Virus record (IMG/VR): IMGVR_UViG_3300017700_000695
Location: 1-50,990 of that record
Length of the DNA: 50,990 nucleotides
Origin: a virus
Taxonomy: Duplodnaviria > Caudoviricetes
Direction: 5' to 3' (one strand)
In this document: positions 1 to 9,920 of the stretch, piece by piece
How the letters are laid out: every line of letters starts with the position of its first letter
Position numbering within the stretch: position 1 is the first letter of the stretch
Notes under the pieces: generated by a model
Databases searched by the model: none
Told to the model about the DNA's origin: nothing
What the model saw: only the letters and a program-made list of their open reading frames with translations
Position numbers and translations under genes: made by a program

Positions 1-2
1 CT

Positions 3-392
3 GCTCCCCCGGAATATACTACGCCCGCGAAGGGCCTCGGCTGCGCCAAGCCGAGCGGGTTTGCCCGGTTCTGGGAGGCCTACCCGAACAAGGTCGGCAA
101 GCAGGCCGCAGAGCGAGCCTGGCTGGCAGCCTGCCGGAAGATCGGCGGCCCCGACCCACCCGCTGTGCTGCTGGAGGGCCTGGAGCGAGCGAAGACCTCG
201 CAATCCTGGCTCGACGGCTACATCCCGCACCCCACGACCTGGCTGAACCAGGGCCGATGGGAAGACGAACCCTCCGCAAAGCCCAACCAACGGCAACCCC
301 ATGACCGCCCTGACCGAAACGACCAACCGACCCCTCGCCAAGACCGCCTCGGACGAATGCTCGCCGGAGCTGTGGCGGCAGTTGACGAATAG
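3..392 (+). CDS. C-terminal part of phage replication initiator (lambda O/DnaD-like); 5' part is at the window end
   Basis: Frame 3 is open from base 3 and reads FARFWEAYPNKVGKQAA...YIPHPTTWLNQGRWEDE, typical C-terminal motifs of phage replication proteins. Confidence 0.8.
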   Translation, partial: APPEYTTPAKGLGCAKPSGFARFWEAYPNKVGKQAAERAWLAACRKIGGPDPPAVLLEGLERAKTSQSWLDGYIPHPTTWLNQGRWEDEPSAKPNQRQPHDRPDRNDQPTPRQDRLGRMLAGAVAAVDE

Positions 393-780
393 CGCGCTGT
401 CCTGGGGTGACGCCTGCGCGGCGCTTGCCGCTGACCCCAAGGCGCTGGCCGAACTGCGGACGCGGGGAGGGGCGTTGATCCGCCACGCCGAGCCCTGTGG
501 CTCCAAGGCTGTCGTCTCCGCGTTGGCGCCGCTGGTGACGCTCTACGGCGTTCAAGATCGCTCGGAGGCCGAGTGGACGGCCTTCTGGCGGTTCTACCTC
601 GACGCGCTGGGCGACCTGCCTGCCGCAGCCCTTACCGCCGGCATCGCGGAATACGTGGGCAACGCCAAGAGCGAGTTCTTCCCCAAGCCGGGCCCCCTCA
701 AGGCCATCTGTGACCGCCACGCGATCTCGCTGCGCATGGCGGCCTCTCGCGCTCGAAAAGCCTTGGAGATTGCATCGTGA
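301..780 (+). CDS. Replication accessory protein (putative helicase loader or loader-inhibitor type)
   Basis: Overlaps the initiator's 3' end; motifs FYLDALGDLP and EFFPKPGPLK. Confidence 0.55.
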   Translation: MTALTETTNRPLAKTASDECSPELWRQLTNSALSWGDACAALAADPKALAELRTRGGALIRHAEPCGSKAVVSALAPLVTLYGVQDRSEAEWTAFWRFYLDALGDLPAAALTAGIAEYVGNAKSEFFPKPGPLKAICDRHAISLRMAASRARKALEIAS

Positions 781-1355
781 CCATCGCCCCCAAGTGGTTC
801 GTCTGCCGCGTCATGACTCGCCAAGAGAAGCGGATCCTGGCCGCTTTCGAAGAGAAGGGCATCACCGCCTACTGCCCGATGGAGCGGAAATGGTCCCTCC
901 ACGCCAAGCCCAAGGTGGCGATCAGCCGGGCGCTGTTCCCGGGCTACGTGTTCGCGGTCCTGCCCGATGACGAAGCGCTCGACGCCGCCCGAGCGGATCG
1001 GCGGGTGCGCGAGATCATGTGCGACAAGTTCGGCGAGCCGATCGCGGCGAACACCCGCTCGTTACGTGGCCTTTTCATCGCCGACATGTTCCACGAGTTC
1101 GATGAGACGTGGGTGGCTCCCAAGCGCAAGCGGCCGAAGGGGAAGAAGTACTCCCATAAATGGGCGGCCGGACAACAGGCCAAGATCACCCGCGGCCCCT
1201 ACGAGGGCTTCATCGCCAGGGTGATCAAATCCAAAGGCAAGGAGCGCGTCGAGATCATGCTCACGCTCTTCGGGCGCGAGTGGGAGTGGAATGTGTCGCA
1301 GGCCGACCTCGAAGAACTGCCAGCACAAGATATTGCGCGCGATCTGGCCGCGTGA
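777..1355 (+). CDS. NusG/RfaH-like antitermination protein (late-gene activator position)
   Basis: NGN motifs (WFVCRV, AYCP, LFPGYVF) and a C-terminal KOW motif (GQQAKITRGPYEGF...LFGRE). Confidence 0.85.
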   Translation: MTIAPKWFVCRVMTRQEKRILAAFEEKGITAYCPMERKWSLHAKPKVAISRALFPGYVFAVLPDDEALDAARADRRVREIMCDKFGEPIAANTRSLRGLFIADMFHEFDETWVAPKRKRPKGKKYSHKWAAGQQAKITRGPYEGFIARVIKSKGKERVEIMLTLFGREWEWNVSQADLEELPAQDIARDLAA

Positions 1356-1605
1356 CATACATGCGGTAGTGCTTCGCTTCGCGAGGCCTAAGGCTCTCGG
1401 CTGTGCAAGAAGCGGTTTGAAATCCGCCAGTACGGAGTAGCCGGTCTTCGGTCTGAGGGCGCAGGACGCCGAGGCCGAATGACCTTGTTAAAGTCATGCC
1501 ATCAGCCCGCTGCCATGGGCTAGAGCGCGAACAACGGGCTTTCACGGCGCCCGGCGTTCGCATTGCGAACCCTGGACGCGCTCCCTGCTTGGCAGGCCGG
1601 GCGCC

Positions 1606-2151
1606 GTGGAGACTTCTCACATGGACAAGATCAACCAGCTCACAGCTGGATTGCGCCCCGATGCTCGTCGGAGCCTGCTGAAGGATCTCGCTACCGAGAT
1701 CGTATTGGCCCAGACACATGCGCGCCGGCCGCCACCAACCCGCAAAGAACGCAAGCTCGGTGCGGCTAAGGCGATGGGGCTACGCCATGTCTACGTCATT
1801 GGAGCGCCTGGTTATCCCCTGAAGATCGGCATCGCGGCCGATCCAGTGCGGCGACTAGGGGGCATTCAAACCGGCTGCGCTTATCCGCTCTCCATCCTGT
1901 TCACGATGCTCTGCCAGCATGGGCTTGAACGGAAAGTGGAAGCGCACTGCCACGCAGCGCTCCACCGGCATCGTTTGTCTGGTGAGTGGTTTGACGCCGA
2001 ACTCTCGGACGCCATCTCCACCGTCGAGGCGGCCGTCGCGATGTTCGGTGGCGAGCCGACGGTCCACGACCCCCGAAAAGGGCGTCGCTACAGCCATCGC
2101 TACGAGCAGAAGTGCCGCGAGACTGGGATCATCACCCCTCGCACGTCCTGA
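1606..2151 (+). CDS. GIY-YIG (T5orf172-like) nuclease domain protein
   Basis: HVYVIG, LKIGIA.DP.RRL..IQTG, E..CH..L...RLSGEWF. The start may be the ATG at 1621. Confidence 0.8.
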   Translation: METSHMDKINQLTAGLRPDARRSLLKDLATEIVLAQTHARRPPPTRKERKLGAAKAMGLRHVYVIGAPGYPLKIGIAADPVRRLGGIQTGCAYPLSILFTMLCQHGLERKVEAHCHAALHRHRLSGEWFDAELSDAISTVEAAVAMFGGEPTVHDPRKGRRYSHRYEQKCRETGIITPRTS

Positions 2152-2379
2152 CAGGGCCGGTCTGAAGCTGCGGCGCGATCCACTATCCGGCCCGGTATTC
2201 CCGCTCAGACCCATCCCTGACAGGTGAGCGCCTAAACGGCGGGGCTGCGAAAGTCACAACCGGTCGGGCCACAGCATCGGCGCCGGTAAGCCCCGCACCC
2301 CAGGCAAGGCCAGCGCCCAGGCAGCCGCCATGAAGCCGCTGAGCCCCCATCCCCGAGGCCGACCGCTTCGGCGCGATAC

Positions 2380-2619
2380 CTACTTCGGTTGCCTGGCTCG
2401 ATAGCCGCGCATGTACGTCGCAGCCTTCGCCTTCCGCTCCGCGACCTTGGCCGCCAGTGCGCGAAGCTGGGTCAGCTCGTCAGGCTCAACGGCCGGCACC
2501 ACGACAGGCGCGGCCTTCGCGGGCGCAGCCCTCGGCTCAGGTTCAACCGCCAGACCCTTGCAGGGCTGAGCGCTCCAATGAGCCGTTCCGCATCGCTTGC
2601 ACTTCGGGGCTGTGACCAT
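2380..2619 (-). CDS. Small CxxC-HW-C zinc-knuckle protein with a basic C-terminal helix
   Basis: PKCKRCGTAHWSAQPC and ATYMRGYRARQ; palindromic repeats directly upstream. Confidence 0.6.
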   Translation of the reverse strand: MVTAPKCKRCGTAHWSAQPCKGLAVEPEPRAAPAKAAPVVVPAVEPDELTQLRALAAKVAERKAKAATYMRGYRARQPK

Positions 2620-2620
2620 G

Positions 2621-2646
2621 CGTAAGACTTACGCGTAATACTTACG
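2621..2646. promoter_or_regulatory. Tandem 13-bp palindromic operator
   Basis: CGTAAGACTTACG followed by CGTAATACTTACG, adjacent to the start codon of 2380..2619. Confidence 0.6.
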
Positions 2647-2709
2647 GCGATCAACTCGCCAAGCGACGATCAGCAGCCAGGAAGCCCTCGGGTCTGGCGG
2701 GAGTGAACC

Positions 2710-3195
2710 ATGAGCGAGGCCGAGCAGACGACCGCCGAGAAGCACGCCGGCGGGCGACCCTCAAAGTTCAGGCCGGAGTTCGTCGATCAAGCCCGCAAGC
2801 TCGCCAAGCTCGGCGCCACGGACAGCGAGGCGGCTGATTTCTTCGACGTCGCCATCTCGACCATCTACCTCTGGAAGCACGAACGCCCCGAGTTTTCGGA
2901 GGCCCTAAAGGTCGGCAAGGACGAAGCGGACGATCGCGTCGCCCAATCGCTCTACCGCCGGGCCCTCGGCTACAGCCACGACGCGGTAAAGATCGCGATC
3001 AACGCCGACGGCAAAGTTACTGAAGCCCCGTTCACCGAGCACTATCCGCCCGACACGACCGCGGCGATCTTCTGGCTCAAGAACCGCCGGCCTGAGGAAT
3101 GGCGCGACGTGAAAGCCCAGGAGATTAGCGGGCCTGGCGGGTCTGCGCTCACCGTGAACATCAAGCGCTTCACCCCTGAGCCCAGTGGAGATTGA
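2710..3195 (+). CDS. terS: Terminase small subunit
   Basis: GRPSKFRPE, HTH (ADFFDVAISTIYLWK), SLYRRALGY, PPDTTAAIFWLKNR; precedes TerL. Confidence 0.9.
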   Translation: MSEAEQTTAEKHAGGRPSKFRPEFVDQARKLAKLGATDSEAADFFDVAISTIYLWKHERPEFSEALKVGKDEADDRVAQSLYRRALGYSHDAVKIAINADGKVTEAPFTEHYPPDTTAAIFWLKNRRPEEWRDVKAQEISGPGGSALTVNIKRFTPEPSGD

Positions 3196-4507
3196 TCTTC
3201 CGGCCAATTGGTCGCCGCGGTCCTATCAGCTACCGCTCTGGGGCTACCTCGAAAACGGCGGCAAGCGGGCTGATGTCGCGGCGCACCGGCGCTGGGGCAA
3301 GGACGACGTCGCGCTGAACTGGACGGCCTGCGCTGCGATGCGCCGGGTTGGGACCTACTGGCACATGCTGCCCGAGGCCGCCCAGGCCCGGAAGGCGATC
3401 TGGGACGCGATCAATCCCCACACCGGAAAGCGCCGGATCGACGAGGCCTTCCCGGTCGCGATGCGGGAGACGACCAAGGACCAGGAGATGTTCATCCGTT
3501 TCAAAAACGGGTCGACATGGCAGGTCGTCGGGTCGGACAACTTCAACAGCCTGGTCGGCGCCCCGCCGGTCGGGATCGTGTTCTCCGAATGGTCGCTGGC
3601 CAAGCCTGATAGCTGGACCTACCTGCGCCCGATCCTCGCCGAAAACGGCGGTTGGGCCGTCTTCATCTGGACTCCACGGGGTCGGAACCATGCGACCCGC
3701 GCCTTCGAGGCCCGGGAGCAGGACCGCGGCAACTGGTTCACGCTCAAGTCTCCGGCGACTGACACCGGAGCATTCACCGCCGAACAGCTCGCCAAGGAAA
3801 AGGCGGAGCTGATCGCGGAGTCTGGGTCGGAAGACGAGGGCGCCGCGAAGTTCGCGCAGGAATATCTCGTCGACTTCGACGCCGCGACGCCGGGTTCCTA
3901 CTACGGCCCGCTGATGCGGGCCGCCCAGGCCGAGGGGCGGATCACGCGGGTTCCATACGACCCAAGTCTCAAGGTGGACACCGCCTGGGACCTGGGGATC
4001 GACGACTATACGGCCATCTGGTTCTTTCAGCGCGTCGGCCGGGAATGCCGGGCGATCGACTATTACGAGACGAGCGGCGAGGGGCTGCAGTCCATCGTTC
4101 GCGAAGCCATCGCCTCCAAGCCCTACGTCTACGGAACTCATCACCTGCCTCACGACGTCATGGTGAGGGAGCTAGGCGCCGGTGGCCGGTCTCGGATGGA
4201 GACCTTGGGCGGCCTGGGTGTCCATCCGATCAGCGTGGGCGTGGCGATGGATCCTGAGGACCGGGTCAACGCCGGCCGCGGTCTGATCCCGCTGACCTGG
4301 TTCGACGCTGAGAAGTGCGCCACCGGCCTCGACCGGCTGCGCCAGTACCGCAAACGCTGGAACCGCTCACTGTCGAGCTACACTGGACCGCTTCACGACG
4401 AGAACAGCCACGGCGCCGACGCCTGGGGCGAGTACGCGGCCAACGGCGAAGGGCCCCGGACGCCTCGCAAGGCGGCGCAGGGCCAATCCCTGAACTGGAT
4501 GGGCTGA
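3185..4507 (+). CDS. terL: Terminase large subunit
   Basis: Walker A-like HRRWGKD, Walker B-like VFSE, TPRGRN, nuclease motifs WDLG.DD and SHGADAW. Confidence 0.93.
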   Translation: MEIDLPANWSPRSYQLPLWGYLENGGKRADVAAHRRWGKDDVALNWTACAAMRRVGTYWHMLPEAAQARKAIWDAINPHTGKRRIDEAFPVAMRETTKDQEMFIRFKNGSTWQVVGSDNFNSLVGAPPVGIVFSEWSLAKPDSWTYLRPILAENGGWAVFIWTPRGRNHATRAFEAREQDRGNWFTLKSPATDTGAFTAEQLAKEKAELIAESGSEDEGAAKFAQEYLVDFDAATPGSYYGPLMRAAQAEGRITRVPYDPSLKVDTAWDLGIDDYTAIWFFQRVGRECRAIDYYETSGEGLQSIVREAIASKPYVYGTHHLPHDVMVRELGAGGRSRMETLGGLGVHPISVGVAMDPEDRVNAGRGLIPLTWFDAEKCATGLDRLRQYRKRWNRSLSSYTGPLHDENSHGADAWGEYAANGEGPRTPRKAAQGQSLNWMG

Positions 4508-4782
4508 TGAGCGAGGGCAACGTCGTCAGCCTAAAGGGCGCGGAGATCGCCAACCCCCGCCGTGACGAGTTCGTGTCGCGCATGGCGGTCGCCTTCGACG
4601 CCTACGTGAAGGCGGAGGGCTACGAGCCAGACGCGGCGGTGATGATCCTTTGCGGTGTCCGTCAGACCGCCCGCACCGCCTATCTGATCCAGGGTGAGAG
4701 CCAAGGGTGCGGCGCCACCATCCTCGCCTTCGCCCACGCCTCACTGCTGAACGAGTTCCTGAACCCGGAAGAGGAAGTTTGA
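4507..4782 (+). CDS. Hypothetical protein
   Basis: ATG overlaps the terL stop (TGATG). Confidence 0.6.
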   Translation: MSEGNVVSLKGAEIANPRRDEFVSRMAVAFDAYVKAEGYEPDAAVMILCGVRQTARTAYLIQGESQGCGATILAFAHASLLNEFLNPEEEV

Positions 4783-5132
4783 TGCCGCCCGTCCTCGACC
4801 GCTTCATCTCCCCGACCGAGCTGGAAGACCACGGAATGGTGGTTGGCCTGATCAACGTCCCCGGCGCCGGCCGGCGCGTCGCGACCTGGGATGGGTTGGA
4901 GGGCCGCCACATGTCCGCGGCTGCGGCTCGCCGCCTGGCCGAGAGCCTGATGGAGGGCGAGGTCGCCGGGGCGCTGCGTCCTGTCGCCGAGGCGCTGCTG
5001 GATAAGGCCGACATGGTCGATGTCGATACGATCGTCCGCGCACCCATCAGGGACATCCTCGAGCCGAAGGCCTTGGGTGACGCCCGCGCCGGCTTCACCG
5101 GCAACCTGCCTGACCTGAGCGCGCGCACCTGA
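4782..5132 (+). CDS. Hypothetical protein
   Basis: Translationally coupled on both sides (TGATG). Confidence 0.6.
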   Translation: MPPVLDRFISPTELEDHGMVVGLINVPGAGRRVATWDGLEGRHMSAAAARRLAESLMEGEVAGALRPVAEALLDKADMVDVDTIVRAPIRDILEPKALGDARAGFTGNLPDLSART

Positions 5133-7396
5133 TGCCCCGCAGTGACCGCGAGAAGGTGGAACTGACCGGCGACGAGGCGATCCTTGAGGAGGCGCGCGAA
5201 GCCTACGAGCTCGCGGTTGAAGTCGAGAACGAGAACCGTCTTGAGGCGATGGATGACATCAAGTTCGCCCGCCTGGGTGAGCAGTGGCCGGAGAAGGTCA
5301 AGCGCGACCGCGAACTCGACGGCCGCCCCTGCCTGACGATCAACCGCCTCCCGGCCTTCATCCGCCAGGTCGTCAACGATGCGCGGCAGAACAAGCCGGC
5401 CATCGCCGTCCACCCCGTGGACTCCGGGTCTGACCCCGAGACCGCGGAGATCTTCTCCGGTCTGATCCGCAACATCGAGCAGTCCAGCGACGCGGAAGTC
5501 GCCTATGACACCGCCCTCGACTTCGCGGTGACCGGCGGCTTCGGGTATTTCCGGATCAACACCCGCTACACCTCCGACGACAGCTTCGAGCAGGACCTGG
5601 TCATCGAGCGGGTGAGCAACCCGTTCAGCGTCTATGGCGACCCCAACAGCATGTCGGCCGACAGCGCCGATTGGAATGTGGCGTTCGTCGTCGAGAGCAT
5701 GCCCAAGGCGCAGTTCGAGAAGCGCTGGAAGGGCGCCGAGGCGGTTGACTGGGAGGTCAGCGGCTACGCCAGCCTTGAGGGCCCCTGGATGGACGGCGAC
5801 CGCGTCCTCGTGGCCGAATACTGGAAGCGCGAGGAGGTCCCCCGCAAGATCGTCGCCCTGTCCGACGGCCAGGTTGTTGGCCTCGACGTCTACACCGCGC
5901 AGAAGGCCAACTTCGACGCGCTCGGCGTCACCATCGTTGGCCGGCCCCGCGAGATCACCTCCAAGAAGGTCACCCAGTACATCATGACCGGCGCTGAGGT
6001 GCTGGAAACGGTGGAGTGGGCGGGCAAGTACATCCCGATCATCCCGGTCTATGGCGAAGAGCTCGTCGTCGACGGCAAGCGCCACCTCCGCTCCCTGGTC
6101 CGCGATGCGAAAGACCCGCAGCGGATGTTCAACTACTGGCGCACGACCTCGACCGAACTGGTGGCGCTGGCGCCCAAAGCGCCTTTCATCGGCCGCAAGG
6201 GCGCCTTCGAGACCGATGCGAGCAAGTGGGCGACGGCGAACGTCCAGACCCATGCCTATATCGAGTATGACGGGCCTGAGGCGCCGCAGCGCCAGCCCTT
6301 CTCCGGGGTCCCCGCCGGCGCGATCCAAGAGAGCCTGAACGCCGCCGACGACATGAAGTCCATCATGGGGCTCCACGACGCCAGCCTGGGCGCCAGGAGC
6401 AACGAGACCTCGGGCAAGGCCATCATGGCCCGCCAGCGCGAGGGCGACGTCTCGAACTTCCACTACATCGACAACCTGTCGCGGGCCATTCGCCATGCCG
6501 GCCGGATCCTGATCGACCTGATCCCGAAGGTCTACTCGACGGCCCGCATGGTCCGCGTCCTGGGGCCCGACGGAAAGCCGCATCAGGTCCCGCTCAAGGA
6601 GCCGGTGACGATCGACAAGAGGGACGAGAACGGCCAGATCGAGAAGATCACCCGGACCTTCGATCTCGCCGCGGGGAAATACGACGTCACGGTCTCGGCT
6701 GGGCCTTCGTTCACCTCGCGCCGCGAAGAAGCGGCGACGCAGATGATCGAGCTGATCCGGGCCTATCCGCCGGCGGCCCCCGTCATCGGCGACCTGCTGG
6801 CCCGCAATCTCGACTGGCCGGGCGCTGATGAAGTCGCCACCCGCCTGCGCGCCCTGGTTCCGCCGGAAGCGCGCGGGGAGGGCGACGCGCCCAACCCTGA
6901 GGTCGAGCAGGCCAAGGTCGTCGTCGCCCAGTTGCAAGAGCAGGGCGCGAAGCTCGGCGAGGAACTGAAGGCGGCCCAAGCCAAGCTCGAAGGCCAGGCC
7001 GCCGACCACGCCCTGGCGATGCGTAAGCTGGAGATCGATGGCGCGGACAAGGCCGCCAAGGCCGCCAACGACGCGGCGAAGCTCGAAATCGACCGCTTCA
7101 ACGCTGAGACCGCCCGCCTCAAGGCCATCGCGCCCCGCGGCGTCGCCACCGACCCGAACGCCCCGCCGCCGACGGTTCCGACCCCGGCGCAAGCCGAGGC
7201 CCAGGCTGACGAGATCGTCGCCGACGACCTGCCGCCCTCTGCTGCCGACCTCGCTGACGCCTCGGAAGACGTCGCTGAGCCGGTGATAGCCACCGAGCCC
7301 CCAATCGCCGCCCAGCCCGCCCTCGAGGCGGTCGCCGAGCCCGATCCTGACGCGCTGCCCCCCACGGCTGCCGATCTGGAACTGGAAGAAGCCTAG
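5132..7396 (+). CDS. P22-like portal protein with an acidic Pro/Ala-rich C-terminal tail
   Basis: 754 aa; GEQW, RPCLTIN, YIPIIPVYG, DAKDPQRMFNYW, SNETSGKAI, GKYDV.V..GPSF.SRR. Confidence 0.92.
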   Translation: MPRSDREKVELTGDEAILEEAREAYELAVEVENENRLEAMDDIKFARLGEQWPEKVKRDRELDGRPCLTINRLPAFIRQVVNDARQNKPAIAVHPVDSGSDPETAEIFSGLIRNIEQSSDAEVAYDTALDFAVTGGFGYFRINTRYTSDDSFEQDLVIERVSNPFSVYGDPNSMSADSADWNVAFVVESMPKAQFEKRWKGAEAVDWEVSGYASLEGPWMDGDRVLVAEYWKREEVPRKIVALSDGQVVGLDVYTAQKANFDALGVTIVGRPREITSKKVTQYIMTGAEVLETVEWAGKYIPIIPVYGEELVVDGKRHLRSLVRDAKDPQRMFNYWRTTSTELVALAPKAPFIGRKGAFETDASKWATANVQTHAYIEYDGPEAPQRQPFSGVPAGAIQESLNAADDMKSIMGLHDASLGARSNETSGKAIMARQREGDVSNFHYIDNLSRAIRHAGRILIDLIPKVYSTARMVRVLGPDGKPHQVPLKEPVTIDKRDENGQIEKITRTFDLAAGKYDVTVSAGPSFTSRREEAATQMIELIRAYPPAAPVIGDLLARNLDWPGADEVATRLRALVPPEARGEGDAPNPEVEQAKVVVAQLQEQGAKLGEELKAAQAKLEGQAADHALAMRKLEIDGADKAAKAANDAAKLEIDRFNAETARLKAIAPRGVATDPNAPPPTVPTPAQAEAQADEIVADDLPPSAADLADASEDVAEPVIATEPPIAAQPALEAVAEPDPDALPPTAADLELEEA

Positions 7397-7440
7397 CCGC
7401 CAAGCCATCCCGGCAGCGGCACCACACCCCTGAGGACCTG

Positions 7441-8538
7441 ATGACCGACAAAGCCAGCGACCAAGCGGTTGCGGCCGAGGCTTCGCGCCTGGACCGTTCC
7501 GCAGTCGCCCCCCGCGCCATGCTCTCCGCCTCCACCGCCTTCAACCCGATGCTCCGCGGCCCTCAGGTCGCCTATGCGCCGGAAGATGACGGCGGACAGG
7601 CTGGAGAAGTCGCGGCGGAGCCTGCCGAGGCGGTCGCCGAGACCCAGGAGATCGACCCGGACCGCATGCCGGCGCCGGATGAGCCCGAGATCGACCCGGA
7701 GACTGGCGAACCCAGGACCCCCGAGGCCGCTCCGGCTGACGACGACCACGAGGAAGTCGAGCACGACGGGCAGAAGTACAAGCTGCCCAAGGCGCTCAAG
7801 CCCCTGCTGCTGATGCAGGCCGACTATACCCAGAAGACCCAGGCCCTGGCCGAAGCCCGACGGACCGCAGACGCTGAGATCGCGTCCAAGCGTGAAGCCG
7901 CCGCCACCGAGGCTCAGACCCTGCTCTCCGAGGTCCAGGCCGAAGTCGGCAAGGTCCACGTCCTGAAGACCAACATCGACGCGTTCGAGAAGGTCGACTG
8001 GGACGCAGCTTGGGCGGAAGCCGAAGCGGCCGAAAACCCCGCCAGGGCCAGCGCCGAGGTCTCCAAGGCCTGGAACCAGTACCAGCGGCTGCAAGGCGAC
8101 CTGAAAGCCGCCGAGTCCGCCCTGGAGACCAAGAAAACCGACCTCCAGAAGTCCGCCGAGCAAGGCCTCGCCACTCGGATGCAGGAAGTCGGAGAAACTC
8201 TGGCCCGAGACATTCCCGGCTTTAATCGGGAGGTCGCCGCCAAGATCATGGAGACCGGCCAGGAAATCGGTCTCGAACCCGCCGACTTCAACCAGATGGA
8301 CGATCCCCGCGCCTGGAAAGGGCTCCATGCCCTCTACACCGCGCGACAAGAGATCGCCGATCTGAAGCTGAAGCTGGGTCAGAAATCCAAGGCCGACGAC
8401 CACGTCGCAGCTCAGACCACGACGCCGGCCAAGGCCGTGGGTGGCAAGTCCACCCCGCCAGCCGGCGTGCATGACAAGCTTTCGACGGAGGAGTGGATGC
8501 GCCGTGAGCGCGCCCGAGTGGCCGCAAAGCGGGGCTAG
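7441..8538 (+). CDS. Scaffolding protein
   Basis: Between portal and coat; acidic N-terminus, QADYTQKTQ, helical body, basic C-terminal EEWMRRER. Confidence 0.85.
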   Translation: MTDKASDQAVAAEASRLDRSAVAPRAMLSASTAFNPMLRGPQVAYAPEDDGGQAGEVAAEPAEAVAETQEIDPDRMPAPDEPEIDPETGEPRTPEAAPADDDHEEVEHDGQKYKLPKALKPLLLMQADYTQKTQALAEARRTADAEIASKREAAATEAQTLLSEVQAEVGKVHVLKTNIDAFEKVDWDAAWAEAEAAENPARASAEVSKAWNQYQRLQGDLKAAESALETKKTDLQKSAEQGLATRMQEVGETLARDIPGFNREVAAKIMETGQEIGLEPADFNQMDDPRAWKGLHALYTARQEIADLKLKLGQKSKADDHVAAQTTTPAKAVGGKSTPPAGVHDKLSTEEWMRRERARVAAKRG

Positions 8539-8638
8539 CCCCCAACCCCATCGCGGTTCGCCGCACACCCTCAACGCCCGTCGAGAGACGCGCCATTCCC
8601 AGCGCCCGGCCTAGGCCCGGCCCGAAGGACCCTTACCC

Positions 8639-9847
8639 ATGTCCAACACCATCCTGACCCCCACCGCGGTGACGCGGAAGGCCCTCATGGTCCTGCACCA
8701 AAAGCTGAACTTCGTCGGCTCGATCGTGCGCGACTACGACGACAGCTTCGCCAAGCAGGGCGCCAAGATCGGCGACACCCTGAAGGTTCGGCTGCCCAAC
8801 CAGTACGCGGTCCGCACCGGCTCGGTGATGTCGGTCAACGACACCGTCGAATCCAGCGTCGAGCTGAAGGTCCAGACCGAGAAGGGCGTCGATCTCAACT
8901 TCACCGACGCCGACCTCACCCTGTCCCTGGACGACTTCTCGGAGCGGATCCTGGAGCCGGCGATGTCGGTTCTGGCGGCCAATATCGAGGCCGACGCGAT
9001 GTCCATGTACAAGGACGTCTACAACCAGGTGAACAACCAAGGCTCGGCCACGACCTTCGCCAAGGTGCTGCAGGGCCGCAAGCAGTTGGTCGACAACCTC
9101 GCCCCGCTCGCTGACCGGACCTGCAACCTGAACACCCAGGACAACGTCGATCTCGTCGACGCCCTGAAGGGCCTGTTCAACGACAAGGTGGCCCTCGATA
9201 AGCAGTACCGCGAGGGCTACATGGGCCGGACCGCTGGGTTCGACTTCATGGAAAACACCCTGTGGCCCGCCCACACCCGCGGCGCCGGCGACACCGCCTA
9301 CACGGTGGACACCCGCACCTCGGCGATGCCGACCACCACCCCGAACACGCCGATCTCCTCGTTCACCGTCGCTTCGGGCGCCGGCATTCCGAAGCAGGGC
9401 GACGTCTTCACCATCGGCAACGTGTTCCGGGTCCACCCCGAAACCAAGGCCTCGACCGGCATCCTGCAACAGTTCGTTCTGACCGCCGACGCCGCCTCGG
9501 GCGCCGGTGTCTGGACGATCTCGCCGTCGATCATCCTGGCTGGCCCGAAGCAGAACGTGGTCATCCCGACCACCTCGGCGACGGCCGCGATCAGCTTCGC
9601 CGGCACCGCCTCCACGGCGCATGGCATTTCGATGGCCTACCACAAGACGGCCTTCGCCTTCGCCACCGCCGACCTGGTCATGCCCCGCGGGGTGGACTTC
9701 GCGGCTCGCGAGAACTTCGACGGCCTGTCGATGCGGATCGTGCGCCAGTTCGACATCAACAACGGCAAGTTCCCCTGCCGCCTCGATGTCCTCTACGGCT
9801 ACAAGGCCCTGCGCCCGCAGCTGGCCACCCGCCTGGCCAACAACTAG
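8639..9847 (+). CDS. Major capsid protein (P22 coat family)
   Basis: NTILTP, KIGDTLKVRLP, LSLDDFSERI, RLDVLYG. Confidence 0.93.
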   Translation: MSNTILTPTAVTRKALMVLHQKLNFVGSIVRDYDDSFAKQGAKIGDTLKVRLPNQYAVRTGSVMSVNDTVESSVELKVQTEKGVDLNFTDADLTLSLDDFSERILEPAMSVLAANIEADAMSMYKDVYNQVNNQGSATTFAKVLQGRKQLVDNLAPLADRTCNLNTQDNVDLVDALKGLFNDKVALDKQYREGYMGRTAGFDFMENTLWPAHTRGAGDTAYTVDTRTSAMPTTTPNTPISSFTVASGAGIPKQGDVFTIGNVFRVHPETKASTGILQQFVLTADAASGAGVWTISPSIILAGPKQNVVIPTTSATAAISFAGTASTAHGISMAYHKTAFAFATADLVMPRGVDFAARENFDGLSMRIVRQFDINNGKFPCRLDVLYGYKALRPQLATRLANN

Positions 9848-9872
9848 GCCGGCCCCGACCCCCTGAACCTCT

Positions 9873-9904
9873 GGGCCGCCCTGATGCGGCGGCCCGCTTT
9901 TCTT
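9873..9904 (+). terminator. Intrinsic terminator-like hairpin after the capsid gene
   Basis: GGGCCGCC-N7-GGCGGCCC followed by GCTTTTCTT. Confidence 0.6.
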
Positions 9905-9920
9905 GAAAGGAACCGAGGCA

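Noticed and set aside
4526-7408. Long minus-strand ORFs opposite structural genes (e.g. 960 aa opposite the portal, 433 aa opposite the coat)
   Set aside because: These are antisense shadows typical of high-GC codon bias and carry no motifs.
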